DNA of 64,000 bases, from assembly GCA_977017645.1 (NCBI GenBank), contig OZ360246.1, positions 26,536,001 to 26,600,000 on the forward strand, given 5' to 3'. The stretch comes from Torpedo marmorata. Lineage: Eukaryota. The translations under genes and the position numbers were made by a program. This document shows, piece by piece, positions 48,081 to 60,290 of the stretch. Numbering within the stretch: position 1 is the stretch's first letter; each line of letters starts with the position of its first letter. The notes beneath the pieces were generated by a model. It had not been told where the DNA came from. It saw only the letters and a program-made list of their open reading frames with translations, and ran no database searches.

Positions 48081-48654
48081 GTGGAATGGAAAAACATCAA
48101 GTATTAAATGTATTGCATGAACATGTGTTCTCTGATTATATGCCACAGGCAAGATAGATAATGGTAGACAGCCCACTGATAATTAAACTTAGATGAGACT
48201 CCTCATCTTCCACATTGATTATATCTAAATCAAGTTACTCTATTTTTAAAAAAATGAAATGGTCAAACTTGGATGTAATAGCCATGATGTTCTATAATGC
48301 TGAGGAATGTATGTTTGAGAAGATACCAATGAGTATATGATACTGTGCAGAATATATTTTTGTGCTGAAGGCTAAACCTGTCAAACTTCATTCCAAAACA
48401 GTTTTTTTTTAAAAGTTGTTGCTTAGAGAGTCATAGATTTTGTTTATACTTTATTTCCAGCCAAGCCTTTATACAAGTAATTTTGGTTTTCTTCTGAGAT
48501 GTCTTGAATAGAATCAATAGTGATTTGACTTTAATCAGTGATCAGTTTATTGAATCTCCATCCTATGTCAAAGCCATGTCTAAAATGAGGCTTGTTTGAG
48601 CATTAATTAAAATCAGGTGATGAATATGACTCGGAGGTAAGAAAAATTGTCAAC

Positions 48655-48925
48655 TACAGATGAGAGACCCTTCCCTTTCCCTTTTTTACTCCAGCTCTCC
48701 ACCCCCTTCCTTCTCCTCCCCCTGCTTGCTGGTGCGCCCTCCCTCCTTTATCCACCTATTACCTCCTGCCTGTGGGAATGTGCTCCTCCCCTGCCCCTCC
48801 TCCACCACCATTTTATTCAGGTGCCTGCCTACATTTTGCTCAAGCCCAAAACGTTGGTTATGTATCTTTTACTATATAAAGTACACTGTTTGACCTACTG
48901 AATTTCTCCAGCATTGTGTTTTTAC
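48655..48925 (+). mobile_element. Penelope-like 3' terminal fragment with the hammerhead core deleted
   Basis: Pyrimidine-rich segment followed by the same arm sequence as elements A/C. Confidence 0.7.
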
Positions 48926-50924
48926 TACAGACCAGAGACGGCTTGATTTTGTTCTTCATTTAAATAACTATTTGCGTTATTATTGAATCATTGTATGATC
49001 CTGCAAATGTATAGATTTGTAATTACTGGGAAATCTTTTCCCGTTGGAAATGATATTTTTAAGAATATATACTGCATCTTTTAGCCGACAAACTGCATCA
49101 CACTTGATGCCCTTGTGAAAGACAATATACAGTTCGATTCTTTATTTCCACGTGATTCCCACAAGCCATATAAGTTTGGTTTGTGTCTCAGAGTGTTCTG
49201 ATGTCTTATAACATTAATATTTTGCTTCCTTCTCAGGCTTTATAACAGACTTAGTGCTACTATGTTGGAAGTTACAGACTGACCTAAACAATTGCAGAAT
49301 ATACACGCATTGTGCCTGGTAGATTGGCTGGAAGCCATATTCATCGAGAATGCAATAAAGGGAAGTAATGGCAAGTAACTACGGTTCCACATACATCAGA
49401 AGCTAAGTGTGCAAGGTCTTTTCTTTTTGGATATTCATGTTCAGGAAGTTTCCATTTTAAGTGCCTGGTAATATCAGCTTTAAGACTTTGAAATCTATTT
49501 ATCTAATGCTCTATTGTTTTTCAGCACGGCACCCATCTAGTCTAAGAAATGACACTTTGCAACAGCAAATACAAAATCATGTGACCTTGATATGTTGTCG
49601 TATTTAATACCATGCAGCGATTAGGCATTGGGGATTGACATACCTCTAACCAGACAGATTAGCTCAGGCTGGGCTGTTTGTGTGCTTCCATCAGTGTAAC
49701 ACTAACAGCCAGCACTCAATCACTTTGCTCCATAGTGTTGTTTTTATTAAATACATTGAACATGTAGCCATATTAGTATGCATTGAGCAGCAAGCAGTAG
49801 GAGCATTTACCTCCAGTGGGTCTAAATGAACACAATTACTTCAGTTTAAGAAAACTGGTGAAGTTACATGTTTTGCTGCTGAAATTAAGGTAGTCTCCTT
49901 TGTTAATATAGCACAAATCTTGCTGCCTTGCCATTCTACCTGATCCCATAAAGAGGTTGATTAATGTAGTATTTTTATTTAAAAGCTATGAATAGAGCTA
50001 ACTTTGCTGCTATTTATAAAATCTATTTGGTATATAATTACATATTTGTTTGAGAAAGTTGCCTCACTGACTCTTAAGGATGCATTAAAAAGTACAATAA
50101 TTCAACAAATCAACAAAAGAGTTGGAAATCTGAAACAATTAGACCTGCTATTTGCAACAGTCACCTGCATTTGCTAAAGACAAAATACAAGTGCTTGACC
50201 CTCATCAGTTTGATCAGTTGAGTTAATTATTTCTTGAAGCACTCAGTACATGACTTAAAAGGAAATACTGTTGACCAGAAAGATCACCATTGGGTTGCTT
50301 GTCAAAGGCACTATCTGCTGCACCTGCAGTTAAACAGCCTATGTAATTTTCACAATTGATGTTGGTGTAAGGAGGGGGCAATGGTCTGCAGCCAAAGTAT
50401 TCCTGTGCCTTCTATAATAACTTACATTTTGTATACGACCATTAATGGAGTAAAATACACCAAAGGGCTTAACAAGACTGTTATCAAAAAACTGTTCAGA
50501 AAATGTATATGGAGCCCACTTCTGTTTTTCCACAGACTAAACAACCACATAATAAAGGCTCATGCATGTGTTGGGCAAGTTATCACAGGACAAATATTGT
50601 CTGGAAAATAGGGTTGAAAATTGGAGTAGGTGATCAGTTAAAAATCACATTATTATTTTATAGTCATAAGACTAAGCAGAGGTGTATTTTTTTCACAGTG
50701 ATCAGAGATGGGATTAGATAAACATGTTACAAGTAAAGAATCTGGCATTATCTCACAAACTTGGAGTGGAATCAATAAATGTGTATAATGGAGTTATAAT
50801 TGCTCAGAAGAATAATAAATTTATGGGAATCAAGCAAGGAGAGGATTAAACTGGGCTACTCCTCCAAAATAAAATCTACAATGGAAACTTGTTACCAAGG
50901 TGGGATATTCTATGAACATTAAGA

Positions 50925-51800
50925 GACTATATAGAACATTACAGCACAGTACAGGCCCTTTGGCCCATAATGTTGTGCCGACCTATATATACCTTCCCAA
51001 AAAAAACTAAGCCCTTCCTACCTCATAAACCTCTATTTTTCTTTCATTCATGTGCCTGTCTAAGAATCTCTTAAATGTCCCTATCGTTCCAGCCTCCACC
51101 ACCACCCCTGGGAATGCATTCCAGGCACCCACAACTCTCTGTGTGAAAAACTTACTCCTGATGTCTCCCCTATACTTTCCTCCCTTCACTTTGTACAGAA
51201 GTCCTCTGGTTTTTGCTGCTCCCACCCTGGGAAAAATGTGCTGGCTGTCCACCTTATCTATGCCTCTCATAATCTTGTAGACCTCTAAGTCACCTCTCAT
51301 TCCTCGCTCCAAAGAAAAAAGCCCTACTCTGCTAACCTTGCCTCATAAGACATATTTTCGAATCCAGGCAACATCCTGGTAAATCTCTTCTGCACCCTCC
51401 CCATAGCTTCCACATCCTTCCTGTAATGAGGTGACCAGAACTGAACACAATATTCCAAGTGTGGTCTCACCAGAGATTTGTAGAGCTGCAACATTATCTC
51501 ATGACTCCTGAACTCAATCCCCTGATAAATGAAGCCTAACATACCATAAGCCGCCTTAACTATCCTTTCAACATGCGTGGTAACCTTGAGAGATCAATGG
51601 ATTTGGACACCAAGGTTCTTCCACACTGTTAAGTATCCTACTATTAACCATGTACTCTGCCTTCAAGATTGACCTTCCAAAATGCATCCCCTCACACTTA
51701 CCGGATTGAACTTCATCTGCCACTTTTTTGGCCAGCTCAGCATCCTGTCTCTATCCTGTTGTAACCTACGACAACATTCAACACTGTCCAACTATATCTG
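50925..51800 (-). mobile_element. CR1-clade LINE 3' fragment
   Basis: ORFs 51324..51542 (LVRPHLEYCVQFWSP) and 51007..51312 (FFTQRVVGAWN). Confidence 0.9.
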
Positions 51801-54339
51801 ATATGCCTTCACTGATGAGTCTCAAAGGATTTTTGAATTTAATATTGTGCTTTATGCTTCTGGCACTGACTCTCTGCCCCAAGAAATTTTTCTGTTACAA
51901 TCAGAAAGAGTCCTTGACTCTTGATCAAACAGATGATAAATCAGCAGAAGGATGTTGCTGGATCTATTTGCAAGACTGAGGCAGCTCAAATGGTTAAATA
52001 ACAGTGCAGTGGAAAAGGGGTTATAGTGGACATATAGAAGCAAAAGATGGGTCCTAAGAATGAATTGTAACCACAGACTCATACAAATAAGAAGTGGGAA
52101 GAAAGGATGGAAAATCTGGCATAGCAAGAAGGGATTGGCCTGGCCAAGAATGTGGTGTAAAGACAATTAAACTACAGGTGTGAATATCAATCCATTGGCA
52201 TGCAGCAACAGACTATTTCCATTCCATGCATGTTCTATTCTCAGTGATCTTGGTGCAATCAATGTTCATCATGGGCATGTGATAAACCAAATGAAATTAG
52301 AAGCTAAATCAAGCAAAATTAAGGTTTAAAAAAAAAAAATCTGTGGAATACTTAACAAAAATTGTGTTCTAATTTGTCTAAAGAAATTGGATTAGGCCAT
52401 AAATTCTGCTCCATCATTCCTTAGAACCATGGTTGAACTTCATCTCAGCTTCCAGCACTATCCACAAACATACTGGTGTCCAAAACCGTAATGATACAAA
52501 TACTGCTAAATGGCCAGCTCCTCATATTGTGACCATGACCCCTTTACTGAACTCTCCTCTTTGGGTGTACAGCTTGATCAGCATTGACCCCTTAAGCCTT
52601 TTAAGAATATTACCGATGAGACCACCTCTTGTTTTAAAGAGGATACAGGACCATTCTATTCTTTTTCTCATTGTTGGACAACCCTCTAATTTTATGGGGT
52701 TTGTTTTTTGTGAAAAACATTGCTTCAAGTTAATGTTTTATCTGATTGATAGTGCTGCTAGTGGTTTCCCATTTTGGCCCTGAAATGTAGCCTGAACATT
52801 TGGTGTATGTTTGGCACACCAACACAATGCTGATCAAACCATTTTTCTGTATCCACTCTCCAAGGGTCGGAATAGCAAGGGATTGGTGATTTAGGTGATC
52901 TGAAATTATGTCTGGTAATATTTTATATTAACTCAGATTATTTGCATCCTCCATTGTAGAAATATCACTAATACCATATATTTGCATATTTTGTAATATC
53001 AATTTGTTTTGACTCTGTTACCAACATCAATTTGTATAACTATCTCTGAAATTGTAGATTTGATGAATTCTGGATTATTTGTGGTGTGTGTGTGGAAATG
53101 CAGCATTGACAGGGATGCCACTTAAATTAGCACAAGAATAAGATATTTTAATTTAAGCAGTTTTTCCGATTCTTTTTCTTTTCCCAGTTCATTAAGAACA
53201 AATGTCAGGTTTTTACAAGGAGCATTGTGTGTCATTTCACTGTCTAAATTTAATATTTGGGAGTGGTAACATAGGGAATACACTATGTATTTTTTTGCCT
53301 TCATATCAGTTACAGCTGGAGTATGAATATGAACAAAATTTCAGATCTCTTATTTTGAGTAATAAAAGTTGTTTAAATGTCTAAATGGAAAGGCCAGAAA
53401 TTATTCAATCACAGCTCCTTTCTTCCCTGCCTTGACCAGTAAGAAATATTAGATTAGTTATAGACGCCAGGGCTTTATAATGTTTGTATTTAAATGTGCA
53501 CTAACATTTTTTTCTACTTTTTGGGGAAAATGCCATTCCAATTTTACTTGAAGTCTTTTGCAATTAAGTGTTTGTTACCTTCATGAATGGAGTCAATGTT
53601 AAAGATGTTCAGACCTCAGCTTGTATCTGTCCTGTGTTAAGTGTTTGTAAAAGTCCTGCCTGATCAGATCATGGTACAAAGAAGCTGTTTCTTTTATTAA
53701 AGTCTTTAAAAAAAAACCCAAAAAAACATGCTTGTATAATTTATAAGAATTTACCTTGAATTTACAGTTTAACAGTAGTTAAAACTCTTGTCTCTCATAG
53801 AGTTACTTAAATATGTTGCATTTACCATCGTACACCACAGTAAGAGTGGACAAGCAATTCACTGTTTATTCAGGACAAGACAGAATCAAGAATAGAGGCA
53901 TCAATTTCAAGGCAGTATGGCGAGTCAATTTTATTGTAATAAATTGGTAACTGAAAATGGTAGAAGATGGGACATGTATCGTTGGGGTTTGGGTTTCATT
54001 ATTGAAAATAAAATGAAAAAAAATCAGCAGCATCCACTTGAGCATAACCACTCATTTCTGCAAAACTTTTAAAAATATAACGCGTTTTTAGCTATATCAG
54101 TAATAATACGCACAATCCGTTTAGAAAAGCACGGTAGGTAGGGGTATGGACGTTCAGTGCTCTTTCTCCAGCTTCTAATCAGCTTAATTACTGACCTTTT
54201 TGCCATGTGCAATAATTTAATTCTAACATTTTCAGCCGTATTTTCTAATTTGTCCCACGCCTTCCTATTGAACCTTCTCTCACCCTACTCGCTTCCGTTT
54301 ATCAACTGTGTTTCTTGCATTTCCCCAGTGTTGAGTCAC

Positions 54340-54840
54340 TTACTGGCAGAGACACACGGGGACGGCAGATGCCGGAATCTGAACCTAAACTCTGTGCATT
54401 CGAGCCGAAACGTCGACCGTTCTTCTCCCACTTGACCCGCTGAGTTCCAACAGCAGGTTGCATGTAACGTCGTCGCAGGTCTGCTTTCAGTTCGATTTGT
54501 TTCTATTTGGCCATCAACAACCGTTCGTCAGCTGGAGACGGGAGAGAGTGCCGATGTGGAGCAGCGTCCGTCCCGCCACGTTCATCAGCTGCTGCTCGGC
54601 ACTGACTGACAAATAACACTTCCCAAGTTCCGCAATCCTGTGCATTTGAAGGTCCTGCTTATTTTTTTTTCCCCTACTCGATATGTTTTGGGGAAATCAA
54701 ATGCTCTGGGTAAGAACAGGTCGATCCGCCATGATGATGGCAGGTTACCATGGCAACTTCCCCATCGCGATGACGTAACGAAGTCTGACCGGGGAGCTGA
54801 CGTCAGGCGGACATGGCGGCCTTGGCAATTCAATGAGCGT
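54340..54840 (+). promoter_or_regulatory. CpG-rich putative CPLANE2 promoter: X-box GTTACCATGGCAAC (54744-54757), CRE-like TGACGTAA (54771-54778), CRE TGACGTCA (54798-54805), YY1-like ACATGGCGG (54811-54819)
   Basis: Local CpG retention in an otherwise CpG-depleted genome, with clustered consensus motifs, between the FBXO42 3' end and the CPLANE2 coding exon. Confidence 0.7.
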
Positions 54841-54842
54841 TA

Positions 54843-56090
54843 AAAGCACACAGTAAATTCTGGAGGAGCTCAGCCGGTCTCGCAGCGTCCATTAGAGGTA
54901 AAGATATATAACCGACGTTTCGGGCCTGAGCCCTTCTTCAAGGTATAAGCAAAAAGCAGCCAGGCACCTGAATTAAAGACTCGAGATTCTTGTCTACAAG
55001 ATTCTGAGAGGGTCCACAAGGTTCTGAGAGGCACAGATCGGGCGGTAATAGCAAACATCAGAGGACTTCTGTACAAAGTGAAGGGAGGAAAGTTTAGGGG
55101 AAACATCAGGGGTAAGTTTTTTTTGCACCGAGAGTTGTGGGTGCCTGGAATGCATTGACAGGGGTGGTGGAAGCTGGGGCATTTAAGAGACTCTTGGGTA
55201 CATGAATGAAAGAAAAATAGAGGGTTGAGGTAGGAATATATGTTGGCACAACATCGAGGGCTGAAGGGTCTGTTCTGTCCTGTAATGTTCTATCTTCTAT
55301 TAAGGAGAAGAATGGGAGGGGGATGAGTCCAGACCTAACAGCCAAAAGGTGTTAATTGGATATGATAAAAGGAAAGGTGAGAATTTATTTTGGCTCTGTG
55401 ATAGGAGACAGAGGGAAAAGGGAAGAGAGAGACAGCTGGGGGAAAGGCGACACGGGGGTGAAGATGGGGGGTAGTTGGTTTTAACGGAAACCGGAGAAGT
55501 CGATGTTAATGCCATCTGGTTGGAGGGTGCCCAGATGGAAGATGAGGTGTTGTTCTTCCAGTTTGCAGGTGGTCTCAGTCTGGCAGTGCATGAGACCATG
55601 GACAGACATGTCAGCAAAGGGATGACATGGGGAATTGAAATGGGTGGCCACTGGGAGATCCACACTATTGCGGACGACAGAGCCGAAGTGCTCAGCGAAG
55701 CGATGTCCCAGTCTCTCTGATGTAGAGGAGACCACAACAGGACCAGCGAATGCAGTAGATGACCCCTGCAGATTCAAAAGTGAAATGTTGCTTCAATTGG
55801 AAGGACTGTTTGGGGCACCAAATGGTGGTGAGGGAGGAGGTGTGGGCGCAAGTGGAGCATCTCCTGTGGTCACAGGGATAGGTGTCAAGGGGATGATTGG
55901 TGGGGAGGAAGGAGTGGACAAGGGATTTACGGAGGGAGCGTAAGGCAGAGAGAGGAATATGTGTCTGCTGGTGGGATCATGAAGTAGGTGGCAGAAATGG
56001 TGGAGGAGGATATTTTGGACACTAAGGCTGGCAGGGTGGTAGGTGAGGGCAAGGGGAATCCTGTCCTTGTTGCGGTTTTGGTTAACATTT
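54843..56090 (-). mobile_element. Penelope-like element 3' fragment (GIY-YIG remnant) containing a nested CR1 3' end (~55040-55300)
   Basis: ORF pieces NRNKDRIPLALTYHP and RLGHRFAEHFGSVVRNSVDLPVATHFN...KLEEQHLIFHLGTLQPDGINIDF are typical of the PLE GIY-YIG C-terminus; terminal hammerhead motif. Confidence 0.8.
54908..54946 (-). ncRNA. Minimal type I hammerhead ribozyme motif (U3 variant, GUC triplet) at the 3' end of a Penelope-like remnant
   Basis: Minus strand ATACC-TTGAAGA-A-GGGC tcag GCCC-GAAAC-GTC-GGTTAT. Confidence 0.65.
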
Positions 56091-56228
56091 ACTATCGGTG
56101 TGAGGAGCATGCCTGGACGCCAAGCAGCCTCCACGCCAACCGGGCTGCGGCCCAGAACATGGAGCTCCCACTCAAATTGGCCCCAGAGTTATTACTGAGC
56201 CGAAGACAGGCGGTGCATTGGTCAGAAT

Positions 56229-56620
56229 GGGGTAACTGGGCTGTGGGGCAGAGGGTAACCAGACTGTGGGGGTGGGGGCAGAGGATAACAGGCCTGGGGA
56301 GGTGGGGTGATGGTAACGGGACCGGGGTGTTGGGGGTGGGGTTGACGGGACGAGGGAGGTGGGGGTGGGAGTGACGAGACCGGGGTGGGGGTGACGGGAC
56401 CTGTGTGGGGGTAATGAGACCGGGGTGGGGTAGGGGTGAGGGGACCGGGAGATAGGGGTGGGGGTAACGGGACCGTGGGGGTTATCAGGATCGGGGGGGG
56501 TGGGGGTGTAACCAGACCGGGGAAGTGGGGGTGGGGCAGGAGTTAACCAGGCTGGTGCTGTGGGGCAGGGGGTAATTGTGCTGTGCAATGGGGCAAAGGG
56601 TAACCAGGCTAGTGTGGCAG
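56229..56620 (+). repeat. G-rich degenerate tandem repeat (GGTAAC..GGACC..GGGGTGGGG), G-quadruplex-prone
   Basis: Many G3-G7 runs with short spacers, all on the + strand. Confidence 0.8.
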
Positions 56621-56635
56621 AAGGTAAAGAAACTA

Positions 56636-57843
56636 CTGTATTTTCGCTCATATAACGCGCACACGCATATAACGCGCAGAAAATCATAAACTGAGTAAAA
56701 ATATTTTCGTATAGCGCGCACGCATATACCACGTGGGTGTAGTATTCTACATTCCGACTCACAAGCAATTTGCATTTACTTGGGACATGAGACAAAACAC
56801 ATTCCATAGTCCCACTATCTGCCACATTTAATCTCCCGCGATTTACACCCATTCAACTTCCCCCATTGTGTCAATCGGCCATTATATAGATGATATCCTC
56901 CTGCAACACATTAACAAGCTTTGGAGAGGAATCAATTAAATAGATCGAAGAATGCCTTCAGAGTTAAGCAGGATTTTAATTCTGTCATGATTTAAAAAGC
57001 CTTTCTTTAAAAGAAACCTTATCTTGTTAAAAATAGTGTGCAATTGAGAGATTTATGGTTTGATTTGATGTAATGAGGATGATTAAACTGATGCCATAGG
57101 GCAGAATCATCCTAATGTTGTCTCAGATCATAGGCACTTGATATGTTAATTTCTTCCCTCATGGGACGGGTCTGGGCAATTAACATTGATAAGGTGCAGT
57201 ACCCTAGCTAGAATATCCTGTGTCGGAATACCATGGCACTCAGGCCAAAGAGATATTCCCAAGATCAAAATTTTGAATTTTGCCATTTTGTCTGTACCCA
57301 TTTCCCACGCTCGCTATAAATTGTACGCGTTCTTTCATTGCCGCTATTATATTCCCACGCTTGCTATAAATTGCCGATGCGACTTTCCCACGCCCGCTAT
57401 AAATTGTGCGCGTTCTTTCATTGTTGCTATTACATTCCCACGCTCGCTATAAATTGCCGATGCGACTTTCCCATGCTAGCTATAAATTGTGTGCGTTTTT
57501 TCATTGCCACTATTACATTCCCACGCCCGCTATAAATTGTGTGCATTCTTTCATTGCCGCTATTACATTCCCACGCCCGCTATAAATTGTGTGCATTCTT
57601 TCATTGCCGCTATTACATTCCCACGCCCGCTATAAATTGTGCGCGTTCTTTCATTGCCGCTATTACATTCCCACGCTCGCTATAAATTGCCGGTGTGACT
57701 TTCCCACGCCCGCTATAAATTGTGCGCGTTGTTTCAACATGTAAAAATATTCTCGTATAGCGCACACACGCATATAACGCGTGAGGGGTACCTGGTTTGT
57801 AAAAAACGCATATAAAGCGTGCGTTATATGCGTAAAAATACGG
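56636..57843. mobile_element. pogo-like non-autonomous DNA transposon carrying a minisatellite
   Basis: TA|CTGTATTTTCGCTCATATAACGCG ... GCGTTATATGCGTAAAAATACGG|TA; subterminal direct repeats at ~56697 and ~57743. Confidence 0.8.
57301..57736 (+). repeat. Minisatellite of 50/33-bp units (core TTCCCACGCYCGCTATAAATTG, 10 copies)
   Basis: CTATAAATTG cores at 57314, 57364, 57397, 57447, 57480, 57530, 57580, 57630, 57680, 57713. Confidence 0.92.
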
Positions 57844-58024
57844 TAATTGTTGTGGGCAAGGGATAGTGTTGAAATTGGCAGTAATGAAGGGCTAGATGTA
57901 AAGAGATATATGCCTGGGACTGTAAATAGTACTGAAAATAAGGTGGGATGGCCCTTCTGTACTACTTTACAATCATGAAAAATCAGTGCTACTAATGGAG
58001 TCACTTTTGTGTTATTTTCTGCAT

Positions 58025-59152
58025 TTCAGAATCAGAATCAGAATCAGAATTTATTGTCATGAACAAGTCATGAAATTTGGTGTTTTGCGGCAACAACATA
58101 GTGCAATTAACATTCGTATTAACCATCTAACGACATTACTATAAAAAATTATAAACAATAGTGCACGAAAAGTAAGGCAGTGTCTTTGGTTCATTAATTA
58201 TTCAGGAATCTGATGGCAGCGGGGAAGAAGCTGTCCTTGTGCCATTGAGTGCTCGTCTTTAGGCTCCTGTACCTTTTTCCCGATGGAAGCAGAGTGAAGA
58301 GGGCATGACCTGGGTGGTGGGGGTCTTTGAGGATAGAGGCTGCTTTTTTAAGACACCGCCTCATGTAGATGTCCTCGATGGAGTGAAGTCTGGTGCCTGT
58401 GATGTCACAGGCCGAGTTAACAACCTTCTGGAGTTTACTCTTGTCCTGGGAGTTGGCGCCTCCATACCAGGCAGTGATGCAACCAGCCAGAATGCCCTCC
58501 ACGGTACACCTGTAGAAGTTTACGAGAGTCTTTGGTGACATACCGAATCTCCGCAAACATCTCACAAAGTATAGCCGCTGACGAGCCTTCTTTGTGATTG
58601 CATCCACGTGGATGCTCCAGGACAGATCCTCGGAGATGTTGACACCCAGGAATTTGAAGTTCTTCACCCTCTCCACGACTGAGCCCTCGATGAGGACTGG
58701 GTCGTGTTCCCCTGACTTCCTCCTGAAGTCCACAATCATCTCCTTGGTTTTGCTGACGTTGAGCTCAAGGTTGTTGCCATTACACCATTCAACGAGCTGA
58801 TCTATCTCCCTCCTGTATGCTTCCTCATTGCCGTTTGTGATTCTGCCGACAACTGTGGTGTCATCAGCAAACTTGTAGATGGCATTGGAATTGTGCCTGG
58901 CCACACAGTCATGAGTGTATAACAAGTAGAGCAGTGGACTAAGCACGCATCCTTGGGGTGCGCCTGTGTTGATAATCAGTGAGGAGGAGACGTTGTTTCC
59001 AATTCGTACTGACTGGTCTTCCGATGAGAAAGTCAAGGATCCAGTTGCAGAGGGGAGTACAGAGGCCTAGAGTTTGAGCTTCTTGACCAGCACTGAGGGA
59101 AAAATGGTATTGAAGGCCGAGCTGTAGTCGATGAAGAGCAGCCGTATGTATA
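58025..59152 (-). mobile_element. Rex1/Babar-like LINE 3' fragment (same family as 46561-48080)
   Basis: ORF 58194..59036 with PQGCVLSP, KFADDTT, KARQRLYF; (TTCTGA)n tail. Confidence 0.9.
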
Positions 59153-59369
59153 AATTACCCTATAGTTCCGATTTTCTTGACTGTTCGCCTTGACTCGTTT
59201 TGCATTCATGCTCTGTCACACATTCTCACACCATGGAGTATATCTTCCTTAGATTGAGCCACTCAACCTTGTTTTAGTCATCTTTAGGCTGTGTTAGTGC
59301 AAGTTGGTGCAAAGAATTGCAGGTGCTGGAAATCCAAAACAACGTGAGAAGTGCTTGTCTCCTCATTCT

Positions 59370-59610
59370 TAAATTCTTTAGACATACAGCACGGTAACAG
59401 GCCCTTTCGGGCCATGAGCCCGTGCCACCCAATTACACCCAATTAACCTATAACCCCGGTACGCTTTGCAGGGTGGGAGGAAACCAGAGCGCCCGGAGGA
59501 AGCCCACGCAGACACGGGGAGAAAGTACAAACTCCTTACAGACAGCGCGGGATTCAAACCAGGTCCTGATCGTTGGCGCTGTAACAGCGTTGCGCTAACT
59601 GTGCCACCCT
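59370..59610 (-). mobile_element. V-SINE (HE1-like)
   Basis: Reverse complement of the SINE consensus. Confidence 0.85.
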
Positions 59611-60029
59611 AAGTTCCAGTTGTGATAAAGGATTCTGGACCAAAACATCACTTTGTTCTTTTTCCCACTAATGCTGGCTCATCTGCTGAGCACTTCAAGC
59701 ATCTCGGTTTTTGTTTTGCATTCGTTCAATGTTGTTCACCTTCAGCTTCCATACACTCTCTCGTATAATCTTAAGCTTAATTGGAAGTCAGGTGTCTTAT
59801 TCTAACATCCATTTCTATGCACGCTGACCTTCATGAGCTCCTGAAAAATAAATGTCATTGTTTGAATAAACAGGAACAGGAATCGGCTGTTTGGCCCTCC
59901 AAAGCTGCTCTGCCATTCATCATGGGTGATCTTCCATCCTATTGCCTTTATCTGCACTATCCCAGTGTCCTTGAATTTCAGAGTCTCCACAAGGCTTCCA
60001 TTTGTGTGAAGAAATCTCTCATTTTCGAC

Positions 60030-60290
60030 AGCACGGTTGGCGTAGCGGTTAGTGCAACGCCTTTACAGCGATCGGGACCGGGGTTCGAATCCCGCGCTGT
60101 CTGTATGGAATTTGTACCTTCTCCCTGTGTCTGCGTGGGTTTTCCCCGGGGGCTCCGGTTTCCTCCCACCATTCGAAACGTACCGGGAGTGAAGGTTAAT
60201 TGGGTGTAAATTGGGTGACATGGACTCATGGGCCAAAATGGCCTGTTACAGTGCTGTACTGTATGTCTAAATTTAAATTTAATTTAATTT
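60030..60290 (+). mobile_element. V-SINE (HE1-like)
   Basis: A box TGGCGTAGCGG, B box GGTTCGAATCC, V-domain. Confidence 0.88.

Noticed and set aside
56172-56852. 226-aa Pro/Thr-rich ORF on the minus strand
   Set aside because: By-product of the G-rich repeat and the MITE end; no splice or homology support.
57301-57736. CRISPR-like repeat array
   Set aside because: The units are tandem with no unique spacers, there are no cas genes, and the context is vertebrate; it is a minisatellite.
58194-59036. 280-aa open RT ORF as a domesticated gene
   Set aside because: 5'-truncated young Rex/Babar copy with a microsatellite tail and a very similar paralogue at 46.6-48.1 kb.
60030-60100. tRNA gene
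   Set aside because: The A/B boxes are the head of a V-SINE, continuing directly into the V-domain.
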